Of a stretch of DNA of 64,000 nt, positions 38,823-51,572 are shown in pieces; within the stretch, counting starts at the first letter, position 1; each line of letters opens with the position of its first letter. Under the pieces are notes generated by a model that was not told where the DNA came from, ran no database searches, and saw nothing but the letters and a program-made list of their open reading frames with translations. A program made the translations under genes and the position numbers. Source of the stretch: Styela clava (Eukaryota); the NCBI RefSeq assembly GCF_964204865.1, contig NC_135263.1:10230001-10294000 (forward strand), written 5' to 3'.

Positions 38823-39909
38823 ATGGCTTCTCACCGTATTTACATTCTAATTGCACTTGTGGTTGGATTGATTTTCAACGTAATTGCATTGGTCACTCCT
38901 GGTTGGATTTACGGAAAACGTATTCAAAAGGCTTGTTCACGATTACATCTGGCAACGCAACTCAGGATGGTGAGTTATCGAATTGCGCTTAACTAATAAC
39001 ATCATTGGAATGTCTGTAAACGTGTTTTCTGATTCCGATATGTACATCTAAGGTTAAATTAATTGTTAACTTGATCGCTTCAAGTTTTGTGACTTTCAAG
39101 TAACCTTCAAGACAAAGTTAACGGTAAACTGAAACTATCCCAGATGCGGAGTTCGTTTACTCCGCGGTTTGCGTATAAATGATTTTGCCACCAATCCAGG
39201 TCGGTTAGGTTAGGTTTGAATGGCATTTTTCACTCCCTTACAGTACAGTTAAATCCAGATAAGTAATCTGTCATTTAAGACTTGAGTCGCTACCGTTCCG
39301 TTAATGTTTTGCCGTTTTCAGTCACTTTTCAATTCTTTATTTCATTCCATTCATTTCAGTGATTAGAGGAAACGCTGAAAAAGTTTGTATTGCCTTCAAC
39401 TTGATGGCAGATGCGATATCAATCTCCGGTATTATAGTCGTTATTACATGTGGTCGTAAAAAGAAAGAAAAAGTTTATGAGAAAGTTGGCGCGGCATTGT
39501 CAATTATTGCGGGTACGGATACTTACTGAAAAATTAAAACATACAAATTTCCTTGCTACGTAAACTTATTCCTTTAATTAATAGGATTTATAAAGTTCAA
39601 ATGTATGGTGCTTTACACGCTTCTTTGTACATGTTCCAGATATATAGCCAAACGAGAGGTCATGGTCCACATTCACCATTTCCCAAAAAAGTATAAATAA
39701 CCAAGTACCGAATATATTTTTATTTTTTTTCAGGCATCTTTATTATAATCGAAATGGCTACTTACACTGGTCTAAACTCTGACAGTATATCGGTCGGAGG
39801 CACCAGTTTAGGATATAGTTTTGTATTTGGATGGATTTCGGCAGCTTTTGCCATTTTCTCGGGAGTTGCTAAATTCGTGAAAGACAGGACCGAGGACTAT
39901 GATTATTAA
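38823..39909 (+). pseudogene. Tetraspan copy B, divergent, 1-nt deletion in exon 1; exons 38823-38969, 39360-39512, 39734-39909
   Basis: Exon 1 is 147 nt against 148 nt in paralogs; the missing base falls in the A-run ggaaaacg at ~38913-38920. Exons 2-3 are open and end in an extended tail FVKDRTEDYDY. The deletion could be a homopolymer assembly error. Confidence 0.7.
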
Positions 39910-40238
39910 GAGGACACTTGTTGATATGATGAGCTGGCATAATTGCCATTCATAAAACTAGTCGTATGTGGATATGCTAACTCATAACATTTTTTCCCTA
40001 TCGACGATGGTGGTACTAACATTTTATGAAGTAAAGTTATTACAATGAGATTGTTATTCTAACGTTATCTCACCATTTGCAAGCACCTAATATAGTTCAA
40101 ATAAGTATGATGATTCGCACTGTCTAAATAAATAAAAATAAATAAATAATAAATAAAATCAAAACTATTGCGTGTGCCGGGGTGCATTGGTTGGGGCCGA
40201 AAAACTTTACATATTAGGGTACGATTGGGCACTGGACA

Positions 40239-41430
40239 CAGTGATTTCCCTACACCCCCCCTATAGGGGGTGAACACCCCCCCTAAAATTTCAAACACCC
40301 CCCCTAATTTTTAGGTGCGATTCGAAACTGTAATTCCTGACTCAAGTATAATTGTATTCAAATATAACGACTATGGCATATTTATCAGTGTAGATGAGGG
40401 GTTCCAAACCGCAGTCTTGCGGGCCAATTACGGCCCGCGTGGCAATTTAAAATGGCCCGCCGAACTTGAGTGAAATAGTTTAACCCTTCATGTGGTACCT
40501 TTTGAGTTTTAGATAAGTCTATTGTTACATCATTATCACAGTTTAAGCACGTTTATTTCGTAACAATTGAATTATACCGGTATCCTATGTATACGTGTGG
40601 GTATTAGGATTACACACTGCAGTATTTTAGATATCAGCCGTATATTAAGAAAGCTTAAAAGATGTCACAAAACGAAAAACTAGGCACTGAAAACAGACGT
40701 TTTTAGATGAATGAGAGCGTTTTTATTCCTTCATTGAAAAGAATCAAACTTCAGCGACTTGTCTTCTTACCAACAAAATATTTCAGTTCTGAAGGAATAC
40801 AACATTATGCGCAATTATGATCAGTTGGCGCGCGTATTTCAAAATTTAATTCATTGCTTAATTCATACAAAAGTCAAACGAACATGTTCAAAAAAATGTG
40901 AAATGTGTAACAAAACAAGCCATGAGTAGCCATTTATACTATGCCAGATTAGCAAGTAACTTCATTAGTCACTATCAGTTGCAAATTACTTGTTGAAACG
41001 TAGTAGTATATATTTACGGTTGGAAGCCGTACTTGTTATCTATTTCCCGGGAATTCTATCAGCTAAATATTATAATTATTGATTTCATTACATAACAAAC
41101 TGCGATGCTAGGTATGTCTAAAATCAAGCTCAGAGCCTATTTTGGTGCCTATTTCTCAAAATTTTCTCAGGGCGCTTAAGCGCGCCCTGAACCCCAGCCG
41201 TGTCGTCGTGCACTTTTCCTCGCTCCCCTTTTCTGGCCCTACAATTTCATTCTGCTGTGGATTTTGGCTCGCGTCAATCAACTTGGGGGGCCCCGTGTAC
41301 ATCGTTTCTTAAATACATACCATTTTTTTAAGAATACTAAAATCCTAGTTTTATCTCTAATAGCAAATTATTTACCACCCCCTAAATTTCGAAACAACCC
41401 CCCTAAAAAGAAAAGCTGGGGAACATACTG
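40239..41430. mobile_element. hAT-type non-autonomous element with a nested SPIN/Charlie-like fragment
   Basis: Perfect 8-bp TSD actggaca (40231-40238, 41431-41438) and ends CAGTGATTTCCC / GGGAACATACTG. The internal ~40660-40820 encodes a remnant ENRRF..YSFIE..TCLL..ISVLKEYNIMRNY. Confidence 0.8.
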
Positions 41431-43614
41431 ACTGGACACCTGGCGAAGACAGTCGCGAGATGAAATAACTGCATTGTAGAACATACCGCTATTCTTGATT
41501 AATGATTACCAATACAGTATAAAGCTTTTAATGTCAAATATTGTTTCGAGCCAAGTCTCCGACACACTATTGCGCCGCCACTTACAGCTTGGGAAGTACT
41601 GCACTATACCATTGTCTCTGTCATTTACCATAAATCATAAGCCGGTTTCTATACGAGGTTGAAAACTTTTGATTGATTATGCCTTATGGGGTCGTCACTC
41701 CTCCTTAGCAACATCACAAACGGTTTGAAAAGCTACCGCGCCTGAAATGCAAAAACACCAAGTATATAAGCGGTGTGGATGAGACTGGCAGGTTGTGACA
41801 TTTATAAATTTATTTGATCTTGCACATCGTGTAACTGTAATGTACATAGTCGTTCTTACTTTTCGTTTTGTTGTTGCAACTGTAACGAGAAACATTACGA
41901 CACATTGTAGCTCATGGAAGCAAATGTGTAACTGGATGGTCAACAAGGCATTGGGTAATAAATAGACTACATACTAATAATTTGCGGGATTTAGCACGGT
42001 CTTGTTGCAAAATTAAAAATAATCAAATAATCTAAAATTAGGCTTGGTGAAGATTTGATTATTCAGTCTATTATCATTTTAAATTTTATTTTAAACTTTG
42101 AATATATACAAGGTATTACTGTACTATGTATACCATAACATAGCAGGAATTGCTTGGCATTTTGGTACCGGTGTACTACAAACTACACCATTCGAACTAT
42201 AGGTAATGCTTGCTATTCCCAAGTTGTGGTCAATGACTATAGGAAAAACTATAATGTACAACAAAGTGTGATGTCACAAAAATACAATTAAGAAAATATA
42301 TAATTCTTTTATTTCAACAACCCCAAATGACATTGTATTACTACGTGCATAATTGAGTTTTAGTTTTTTGAAGACAATATGAATCAAGTTATATAACCTA
42401 CGTCCTACGCGACAATACAAACAAATTACATTTCCATTATATATGTTATGGAAAACTGGATACTTATATACTAATAAAAACGTCAATCATCTTCGCAAAA
42501 TATACATTATGTCACATAAAAATCAAGCTAATCTGGGATGGGCTCGTTAATAATTAAAAATATGTTTCTAGTGTTCAAGCGTTGGCTATTTTTATTATTA
42601 AGCACAAATATTGGTCATAAATAACTTGTTATTCAAAAGCATTATTATGTATGGTCCATGAATGAAAAATTATTTCAGGTCAATATTTTTTGGCCAAGTG
42701 CTTTATCTGTTCTCCTAGCTAGACCAAGAGTGCAAACACACTGCTTTCATGAAATATGACCTTATTCAGTTAACAGGCAGATACAAAAGATATATTTTAA
42801 CATAGATAATGAGAAAATAATAGCTAATTTCGATAATTTATAAGCTGCAAAGCGGTAGAGGTCAATAATAATTAATGGCATATTCCTAGTAAAGAACACA
42901 TGGAAGAAGAAAATTTTTCACAAAATTAACACTTTTCTTACTATGGACGAATATATAGGTACGTTATTTGGTACATGCAGTTGCGTAACCCTGGCGTATC
43001 CAAACGTCTCTCAAAAAGTTCAGGTATTCGCAGCCTTTTTTCTCTCTTGCTACGAACGCGGGAAAAGGCATGGCGTAGTAGTCAATGAATCGTCTAATTC
43101 GACATATACTGCGAAGAAAGTAGCGTCAGCTGCCATTCACTAGACTAGATTATCAACTTATCTAACATGGTCAATGTACGTATTAATCGTAGATGATGTC
43201 GAAAAAAATTGTGTTGAGACCGATTGACGCCACAAACACCTTCTTCTGGTGAAATGACTGAAGGATTTTGAGAGATTCACAATTGTATCTTTGGAATTTG
43301 CAAATTTAGTATTTCACCGGACGACTTCAAAATGCAACGAATGTAATCAACTCCGCTGTCAATAGTCCCTGTTGCCACTCCCAGAAGCGGAATTCAATAG
43401 CTGAGGGTACGGACGCCCGTATCGAAATATAATATAAATAATGATATCATATAAATAATATTTGAGTAGCTCTGATTTGCATAAAATTTCTATATATATA
43501 TCATAACGGATATCCCAATATATCTTTTTGTAATAAAACTTGTTTAAAAAATGGAAATGTTCGTAATGGCAGTATGGCGTAATTGTGCGGTTGTGCTTGT
43601 AGTTAATGGCCACC

Positions 43615-43988
43615 CTGGTACGAGACGTCACATTTATGTCATAAATAATATAACATGTATGAATTGTATGCTATTTCCGCATTAATAATTATTCAAATCG
43701 TTTGGGTTCTTCGCGTTAAGTTCTTCTAAGATGGTATATTCGGGTAGTACACGAAATCATAGTTTATTTGCTAGAGTACAACTGCTGAATTGTTCAGAAC
43801 ACTATATTTAACCATGAAAAGTTACAATTCTGGTACGAGACGTCACATTTATGTCATAAATAATATAACATGTATGAATTGTATGCTATTTCCGCATTAA
43901 TAATTATTCAAATCGTTTGGATTCTTCGCGTTAAGTTCTTCTAAGATGGTATATTCGGGTAGTACACGAAATCATAGTTTATTTGCTA
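43615..43988 (+). repeat. Near-perfect ~158-bp direct repeat (43615-43773, 43830-43988), possibly within a solo-LTR-like segment 43558-44135
   Basis: The two copies differ at about one position, with a period of 215 bp. The enclosing segment starts TGTTC, ends GAACA and contains AATAAA, but no TSD was found. Confidence 0.75.
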
Positions 43989-44879
43989 AGCATTAACCTA
44001 TCCCACCACGTAATCCAAACGGGTTGCCAAGGGCGTTCCCTCATATATTGTTGTTCGATACTGACAAGCAATAAAGACTTCATTCTGAAATCTGTTCCTG
44101 GTGGCAACCGTGAGCACGTATGCAACGGTTGAACAAGTGTTGGAAATGCTTACAAGCGATGTCTCAATATTCATATGACTCTACAATTTATATTATAGGC
44201 TACTCCTGTAGTGTGTATTATATATTCAAAATTGGTCGTCGTATTGCTGTTGTGGTTGTCGAAAACTTAAATATTGTAACTTTTTTGAACCTGAGTAATT
44301 TGATTTTAATGGGGAGTGAAACACCTAAGTTTTCGATGAGAAATGTCACGTTTTTCTACGCATTCTAGCAAGATTTCTAACAACAGATAGAAAAATTATC
44401 AGTGCGACTTAGTAGATTTAGCAGTATAAATTTGGAATCATGCCGGATATCACAATATGATATAGTGATTAGATAGTTTGTATACCAGTGTGGCTGTGTA
44501 TGGACATTAACGACTAATTGGATAAAAGCTATAGTCACTTCAGTGGTAAGGTAAAGATCACTATCTCGGTATGAAAAATTGGTTGAAAAGGTTGCGTTTT
44601 AAATCGGGAAATAAGTGGGTCGTCTCGGAGTCACTTCGTTTGTGTAAGTTGCTACATCTCCGCACTAATTGAAGCAAAATTATGCAAATAATATACTGGA
44701 AAATCAGTTTATTTCGATACTCCCGTCATTTCTGGATGTTACGTGCAAATCACCATCAATGAGATGAATCATGTTTTTTTTCAAAAATACTTTTCTATTA
44801 AATGATGTTGCTAAACTGATATAATTCAGATCATTCTATAATTTAAAATCCAGTGCAATAGATATCATCAAGTTCCAGT

Positions 44880-45996
44880 ATGGGCTTTCTTCGCATTGGC
44901 AGTGGAGGCGGACTTGCGATCGGATTGATTTTCAACGTAATTGCATTGTCAACTCCTGGTTGGATTTACACAAATACATATTCGGTAGGCTTGTTCGCGC
45001 TAAAGACTGGGGACGTAACTACGGATGGTAATTTAATAAAATATTTTAACAAAATTTTAAAATAATTAGGTTTCAAAAATCAAATTCTGCTCTTGATATA
45101 AAAAGGCAAATCGCTATGAGTAAATTGTGACTTGAGTCTGATATATTTCAGTAGCTCTTGCGGTTCAATTTTTTTCTATTCAATTCAGTGATTAAAGGAG
45201 ACGCTGAGAAAGTTTGTATCGCCTTCAACGTGATGGGAGATGTGATATTATTGTGTGGTGCAATAGCTGCTTTGATAGCTGGAGGTAAAGAGGGAAAAGA
45301 AGTTATTGGAAAAGTTGGAGGAGTATTGTCCATTCTTGCAGGTGTGAATACTTTTTATGAGTTTAAATCACTCGAAATTTAGTCCAAATTGACACTACGT
45401 GACGTTATATAAACCAAGCCTGTGTATTCATTATCCAATATCCAAACTAGGACGGATAGGCTTTACATAATCATCCCAGATGAGAGGAGAACCGATGCGA
45501 CGGCGAACCATGGCTTCTCGTCCAAATCAATTACAAATCCATGTCGAGTATGGGGTTAGTTAGCCAGTTATTTGTTTCTGATACATGGACTTGATTGGGG
45601 AGGAAGCCGTAACCGAACAGCGGTTACGTGAACCACCATACGGTGGAGAGAAGTCCTACATCCTCTGTTACATAATTACCCCCACGAGAATTGAATCTGC
45701 GAACCCACGCAGAGGAATCAGAGGTGCGTGGAGAACGTATTCCTAACGCTCAGCACAATGCGGCACACCGCCGAGTCGAGGATGCTCCACATGAAAATAT
45801 GTAAATGAACGAGAAATATAATCTAAACCCATTTTTTTCAGGTATATTCATTATGATCGGAATGGCTACTTACACCGGTTTAAAATCTGGAGTAGTATCG
45901 ATTCCATCCGTCGACTGGGGATATAGTTTTGCATTCGGATGGGTTTCGTTTTGTTTGGCAATTATCGGGGGAATTGTTGCATTTGTTGGAAAATAA
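44880..45996 (+). CDS. Tetraspan copy C (intact, 151 aa); exons 44880-45027, 45189-45341, 45842-45996
   Basis: GT-AG introns at the same positions and phases as copy A give an open 456-nt CDS ending VAFVGK*. Confidence 0.88.
45449..45773 (-). mobile_element. tRNA-derived SINE in intron 2 of tetraspan copy C
   Basis: Inverted homolog of 19640-19935. The 5' end ggcggtgtgccgcattgtgctgagcgttagg is tRNA-like. Confidence 0.7.
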
Positions 45997-46784
45997 GCAC
46001 TACGAAAAAATAATAAAATTTTAATTCAGTTAATTCAATGCTTGTGGTTGTAGCAATTTCCTGCTCTGAAGTTATTCTCATACTTTGCGTGCATATAGAG
46101 TAATTCAAAGATATATGATGCAACAGAATTCAGTTGTTGTTGTTATGAAAATCCACTTTCTCCACAACTAATACACATATCGATTTTTAATCCCCCATAA
46201 TGGAAGAAGTTCTTAGAAGATCATTATATTCGTCGAGACCTTTGAGTTAGTGTATTTTGCCCAAAATGTTTGCACATATTATGCCACCACGTGGCATTGC
46301 TATAGGCTAGTCCGTCATCTTATCGACAAACCCTCTGTTCTAAAACTATACCACGAATTCAGTTGTGAGTCTGTTTGAAGCATTTAAATGATCAGACAAC
46401 TGATTTTTATTTTTGTAGGTCGCATAAACTACTGATGTAATGTGGTTGGTTATTTGGATTTCATGCACGTATATTTATTTTAGTATTTTTTGTATCTTCT
46501 TGGCTACTAGATCATGTTTAAATAAAATTAGGACTGTGGTATGCAACCAAGTGGATTCTCAAATCGATGCGATAAGGGTGCAAAAGTTACTTATTACGCC
46601 CCTACGTGTAGTTTCTGAGTACCACACGAGGGTAGTCGCAAGTAGAAAGATATTCATTGTTTTTATTCCTCTTCGCATATACAGGATTATGGAAAGAATA
46701 CAGATCTATCTTTGTTTTAGGCTTCTATTTCTTCGATATCACGGAAGTAAAGTATCTGTACAATTGATATCTTATAATATATAG

Positions 46785-48790
46785 TATACCATAATGCACT
46801 GTACAAATAAAAAATTTTTTTTACGATATTTAGTAGATTTAAAAGGCAAGTCAACTATCCTAAAGAGCAAAGATCAAGCTCGGGATTGATATTCTTTCGA
46901 AGGTGAAATTTTCGTGGCGAGACATCAATGTCTTGACCGACCCTCGTCTTAGCTCCACAAGTATTTCAACTTTGGGCTTTGATAGAATTACGCGATGAAC
47001 GCGACGCATCTCCTCGTGTGCAAGCAGGATGCAATTTGAATCGTTCGTTACCTGTTATCTTGATAAACACATAAAGCACCGACATGAATTTACAAGTCAA
47101 ATGAGCCAATGTTTAATTTACGGTCTCGAATATGAGTAAGTCACCCAACACGGCTTACCACCGGTTAATATGTAACAAATAATAACGATTACCGTATTAT
47201 CCCACCGGAAAATTATTCGTCTAACAATGTATTGGTGTATTTTAACTGTGGAAACAACATAAAAGAACTTAGATCGTGTGTACCCGAAGAAAGTGTGACA
47301 GCACATTTGTACCCGTACGCAACCTTCCGTAAACTGGACCCATGACATTTGATTTGCACCCACAGACTTTAGCACTCTCATAATATTTGAACCCGCGGGA
47401 ATTCGTCTATGGACATCTGCACCAAGGGCGTCTCAAATTTTTCTGCTGCCCAGGGCGAGTTTCTAATGATGCCCCTCATATTTAACTTCAATAACGATTT
47501 AGGGAATATACAAATTATAGATGTCGTTCTACAATCTACATGATGATAAATAAATTGAAAGTCAAGTGATAGTGAAATGTTTGTATTACCCCCAGCCCCC
47601 CCCATAATGTTCTTCCCCGCGACTGCCCGCATGTACCCCTCCAGACACATCCCCGTATTTATACCCACAAACATCTACATCCATATACATTTGCACCTAC
47701 AGATATTTGCACGCACAGACATTTGAACCCACATTTGCATCCACAATTATGTTCACTCGCGAATAACTGTGTTTCAGACAAACTTTAATTACTAAGTATA
47801 TATATTGGAAATGAAGACAGATTACAAATTTGAAGCGGCCTGTAATCTCGGTTAGGATATCTGCGTATTCAGAGTCTATGCTCGTAATATTCCTATCACT
47901 TTTTTATTTATTTTTTTATTATTTTCTTTCAACTAAATAATGCTAACATAATCGAATTTACGGTGGCGTTTGGTTAATGAAAACTCGTCGTAGATAAATT
48001 CAGCATGTCAGCGTTTAACCAATTGAACAAAACAAGAGAGAAGAGACGATAAATAAGAGAAAAACGGAGAGCGAGGAACTGCCTCGACAAGGCGAAAGCA
48101 GGGTTTATATGAAATAACTTGTTTACGCGGGAATCCAAATTAATCGCGTGCGTGTTTGCGGTGAGTCTCTCTTCATTACTATTCGTAACATTAGGATGTC
48201 CGTATTTCAGCGTAAATGACAATAAAACCTCTTTCGTTCATATTCTGATCGTTTAACGTTAAATTCGTTGTTCAAGGTTGGTGTCGCAGTTCTTTCTTCG
48301 CCTATTTGCGACTCAATTCTATGGAGGTAAAGTGTCAAACTTTACACCTAAAATTATATACCATAACGCACTGTACAAATAAAAAAAAAATTTTCACGAC
48401 ATTTATTGGATCTAAAAAACGAGTTAACTTTAACCAAAAATGAAGCACTGACTGAGATTCTTTTAGGAGTTAAATTTTCGTTTCGAGACGTGAATGTTTT
48501 GACTCATCCGCGTCTTAGCCGCACGAGTATTTCAACTTCAAGCTTTGATAGAAATTACGCGACGCATATCTTCGTGTGAAAACAAGATTTTATTCTGTCT
48601 ATAGATTGATGTTGTTATCTTGATGGACACGTAAATCACCTACATTTACCGATTCAAATAAATGTTTACTGTGGTCGTAAAAATGAGGAAGTCACCTAAC
48701 ACGGGTTACCACCGGTTAATGGTTAATATGAAACAAATATTAACTATAAATGTTACCACTGGACAATTTATCTAACAATGTATTCGTCTA
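46785..48790 (+). repeat. Diverged ~450-bp direct duplication (46785-47240 and 48355-48790)
   Basis: Collinear blocks tataccataa(t/c)gcactgtacaaataaaaaa, cgtcttagc..cacaagtatttcaactt and aagtcacc.aacacgg.ttaccaccggttaat. Confidence 0.75.
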
Positions 48791-48882
48791 TTCTAGAGCT
48801 GAGGTGACGAACATGAGGTCCGCTAAACGCAAAATAAAAATTCGTGTGGCCCGCGAAACATTTAGTTTATTAGACGATTTAG

Positions 48883-49230
48883 TGTATGCTTGGCCTGAAG
48901 CCATAAGCGTTTAGGGACTTTACAAAGGAATACGGGAGCACCAGTATTATTATTAATATTATTGTCAACGTCATTACTGTCAACGCTATTCCCTATACGT
49001 CCTGTTATCTTGTACAATATCACCCCCTTTATATGAATATGATGCTGGAGTGTTATTGTGAGTCATATTCCTTATATGGTATTCCTTATGTGATGTGGTT
49101 TTACGGTCCTGTTTTGGCGGGAAAATAAAGTCAGACGAGTTCTAATCTCCGCCCGGTGAGGAGCGTTCTTCTTTGGGTGTCATGGTTGGGTCTAAATAGG
49201 GCGTGATGACATCGTCGAATGACTTTCGCG
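48883..49230 (-). mobile_element. Possible 3' end of a Ty3/gypsy-like element (short LTR 48883-49016, PPT, integrase tail)
   Basis: On the minus strand, SRQNRTVKP (RxxRxxKP integrase-end motif) precedes the purine tract aaaggggggtga and a ~134-bp TGTA...TACA segment. Confidence 0.4.
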
Positions 49231-49960
49231 TTCATCTGTTCTGGAAAAGGGACTAAGAGACATGAAAGAGCGTTGGCAGAACGTACAGACGCAAGGAGAT
49301 TGATTGATGGACAGCAGTTATGGTATATCGTTCTTTCTGGATGTAATTTACAAAGGCACGTATAGCCCGACTGTTAACCAAAATGAGCAGTAAATGCAAA
49401 TCATTCGCTAGCCAGACTGACTTTTTTGTAGTTGTCCTTACAACAAGTAGTTGACGTAAGTTATAATTACGTTATTTATTTGATTGTAATTTATAAAGGT
49501 AGATATTGTTACTGGATTGTTAACCCATGAGTAGTAATGAAAATCATAGGTGGTCAAACTTTTTCATAGCCATGGTCGCAAAGGAAGATGAATCTCGTAG
49601 CTGTAAATTAATAGGAACTTTGCCATGATTCTGCAGTACATTGGTAGACTAGATGGCCCCATATCTGCCGAATGCAGCAGTATCTGTAACACTATTTAAA
49701 TTATAATATTAGCAAAGCATACCTGAACCACTGATTTAAACTTATCACAGTGGACGTTTGCCGGTCAAATTTTCATACTAATTCTACTAAAGAAGTAAAG
49801 AGGCTTCACAAACTCAACATGCAAACATCAAAATTTAACAAACTTGTTTCTTTACACCATCGCTCAGACTATTCATTCTATAGTACTTACTTATCGTTCG
49901 GACTGTTATTAACAATTGGTAGTCTTTCAAATTGGTTATCTCACCAAGCAATGATAGAAG

Positions 49961-50378
49961 TAGAGATCTACCGATATCACTTTTTGACGCCGATACCGAT
50001 ATCGATATATCGGCCAGCTTGTGGCCGATAACCGATACCGCTATTAATATAAATCATATTTTGAGCCCCAAAATGGGCTTTTATGATGTACCTCACGAGT
50101 CTGTATTTTCATTTTGATATTTATTATCATTGCAGTAAGACTTTTATTTAACTAAATCCAGTTAATGCTTGAACAAATGATATTCTGTAACTTTTTCTGC
50201 TACTTCAATATCAGTCTAGCTATTTCCAGGAAAAAGAATTGTTAATTCGACGTTTTTAAATATAGCTATGGGCATATGATAAGGCTTTTGGAAAATTAAT
50301 AATTAATATATTTTAAAGTGAATCGTGATAAAGATAAATTCCTTTGATATCGTTGGCCGATATATCGGTCGAGCTCTA
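49961..50378. mobile_element. hAT-type MITE
   Basis: TIRs TAGAGATCTACCGAT / ATCGGTCGAGCTCTA and a perfect 8-bp TSD gatagaag. The empty site is visible in the paralogous segment at ~53281-53310. Confidence 0.88.
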
Positions 50379-51572
50379 GATAGAAGGCGGAATAAATTCA
50401 GACTGTTTATTCAATAGTCTTCATAATCTTGACCGTTCACAGTTTTCTAATATCTGATGATTTCATAATCGAATTGATTATTTTTTTTCGAATCGAATCT
50501 TTAATATTTGGAAGATGCGTAATTGCATGTATCTTTTTTATTGTAATGAGTCATATACACACATAAATTACTGAAAATATAGAATCCATCACTCAGTTCA
50601 CAGAGTCAGACATTATCCTCTGCCGAGATTCCTGTTTGCTGTAGATTTCCAATCAATATAAATGAATGAAAAGTTTACAAACGACAAAAATATCCTGAAT
50701 TGTGTGACTAATTTGTGATAGATTTGGCGTGGTTTCACGGGTATTTCGGCAATTTTTTTTTGGTTGTTCGCTGAGACAAACGAATGAGACACAACTATAT
50801 TTTTACTCCCGGATTTAAAAATCGTAATATAGGAAAATAAAAACTAATGTAGCATATATTATTTATGTAAACGGTACTGTTGGATTGCTGTCACAATTTA
50901 AAGAAACCCGACGTGATTTATTCGAAGCGTGAAAGATTTGATTTTAATAGATTGTGAAACACTATTTTACGTTGTCGAAGTTTGAAAAGTTAATGAAATG
51001 TGAAAAAAGTTTCAGATAATGGCTTGTTTTCCTGGAGGTTTGAAAACACTTGGACGGTCTCTGAATCAGAAGCTCATCTCGATCACTATATAATGAGTAG
51101 GCTAGGCGTGTTGATTCCTGCAATGAGCGGTAACGAAACACTTCACTTTCATCAACGAAAAATGCAGTCACGGGGATCTACCCGCGCGTATCGTTGATAA
51201 AGGTATCTCCGTACACGAGCCTTCGTGGTCCGAAACGTATTTATACCCAAAACGCCACCAGTTTCAATGTAAATTAAGTGTTAGAATATACACAGAATCA
51301 GTTTGTTTATTAACTTCCCATATTTTTGCAACCTTACTTAAAGAGGTATCATGGTAATACGCCATGTACAAAAGCCTCAAATTTTAGCGTTTCATCTTTA
51401 TGTTTTTTGCCCAACTATGATAGCAAATGTCCTTTTATTATCAAATGCGAATTACTAATATATATTTTGCTCTTCTTTTTATTTTCCCCCACACAATAAT
51501 TCTGCTCGATTTTCCCGATCCAAAGTTTATTTTAATTTAGCTGTCAACTAATAGGTAGCACCAGGTATCACT

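Noticed and set aside
41820-41960. Cys-rich translation (CNCNVHS..CCCNCNEKH) resembling laminin/netrin EGF
   Set aside because: It is short, contains stops, and has no convincing splice sites or cysteine spacing.
42940-43425. GC-richer, coding-like segment on the minus strand
   Set aside because: All frames are interrupted and no family was recognised. A tBLASTx search would be needed.
46440-46784. 114-aa hydrophobic ORF downstream of tetraspan C
   Set aside because: It has an AT-rich composition typical of chance ORFs, with no motif or paralogy to the array.
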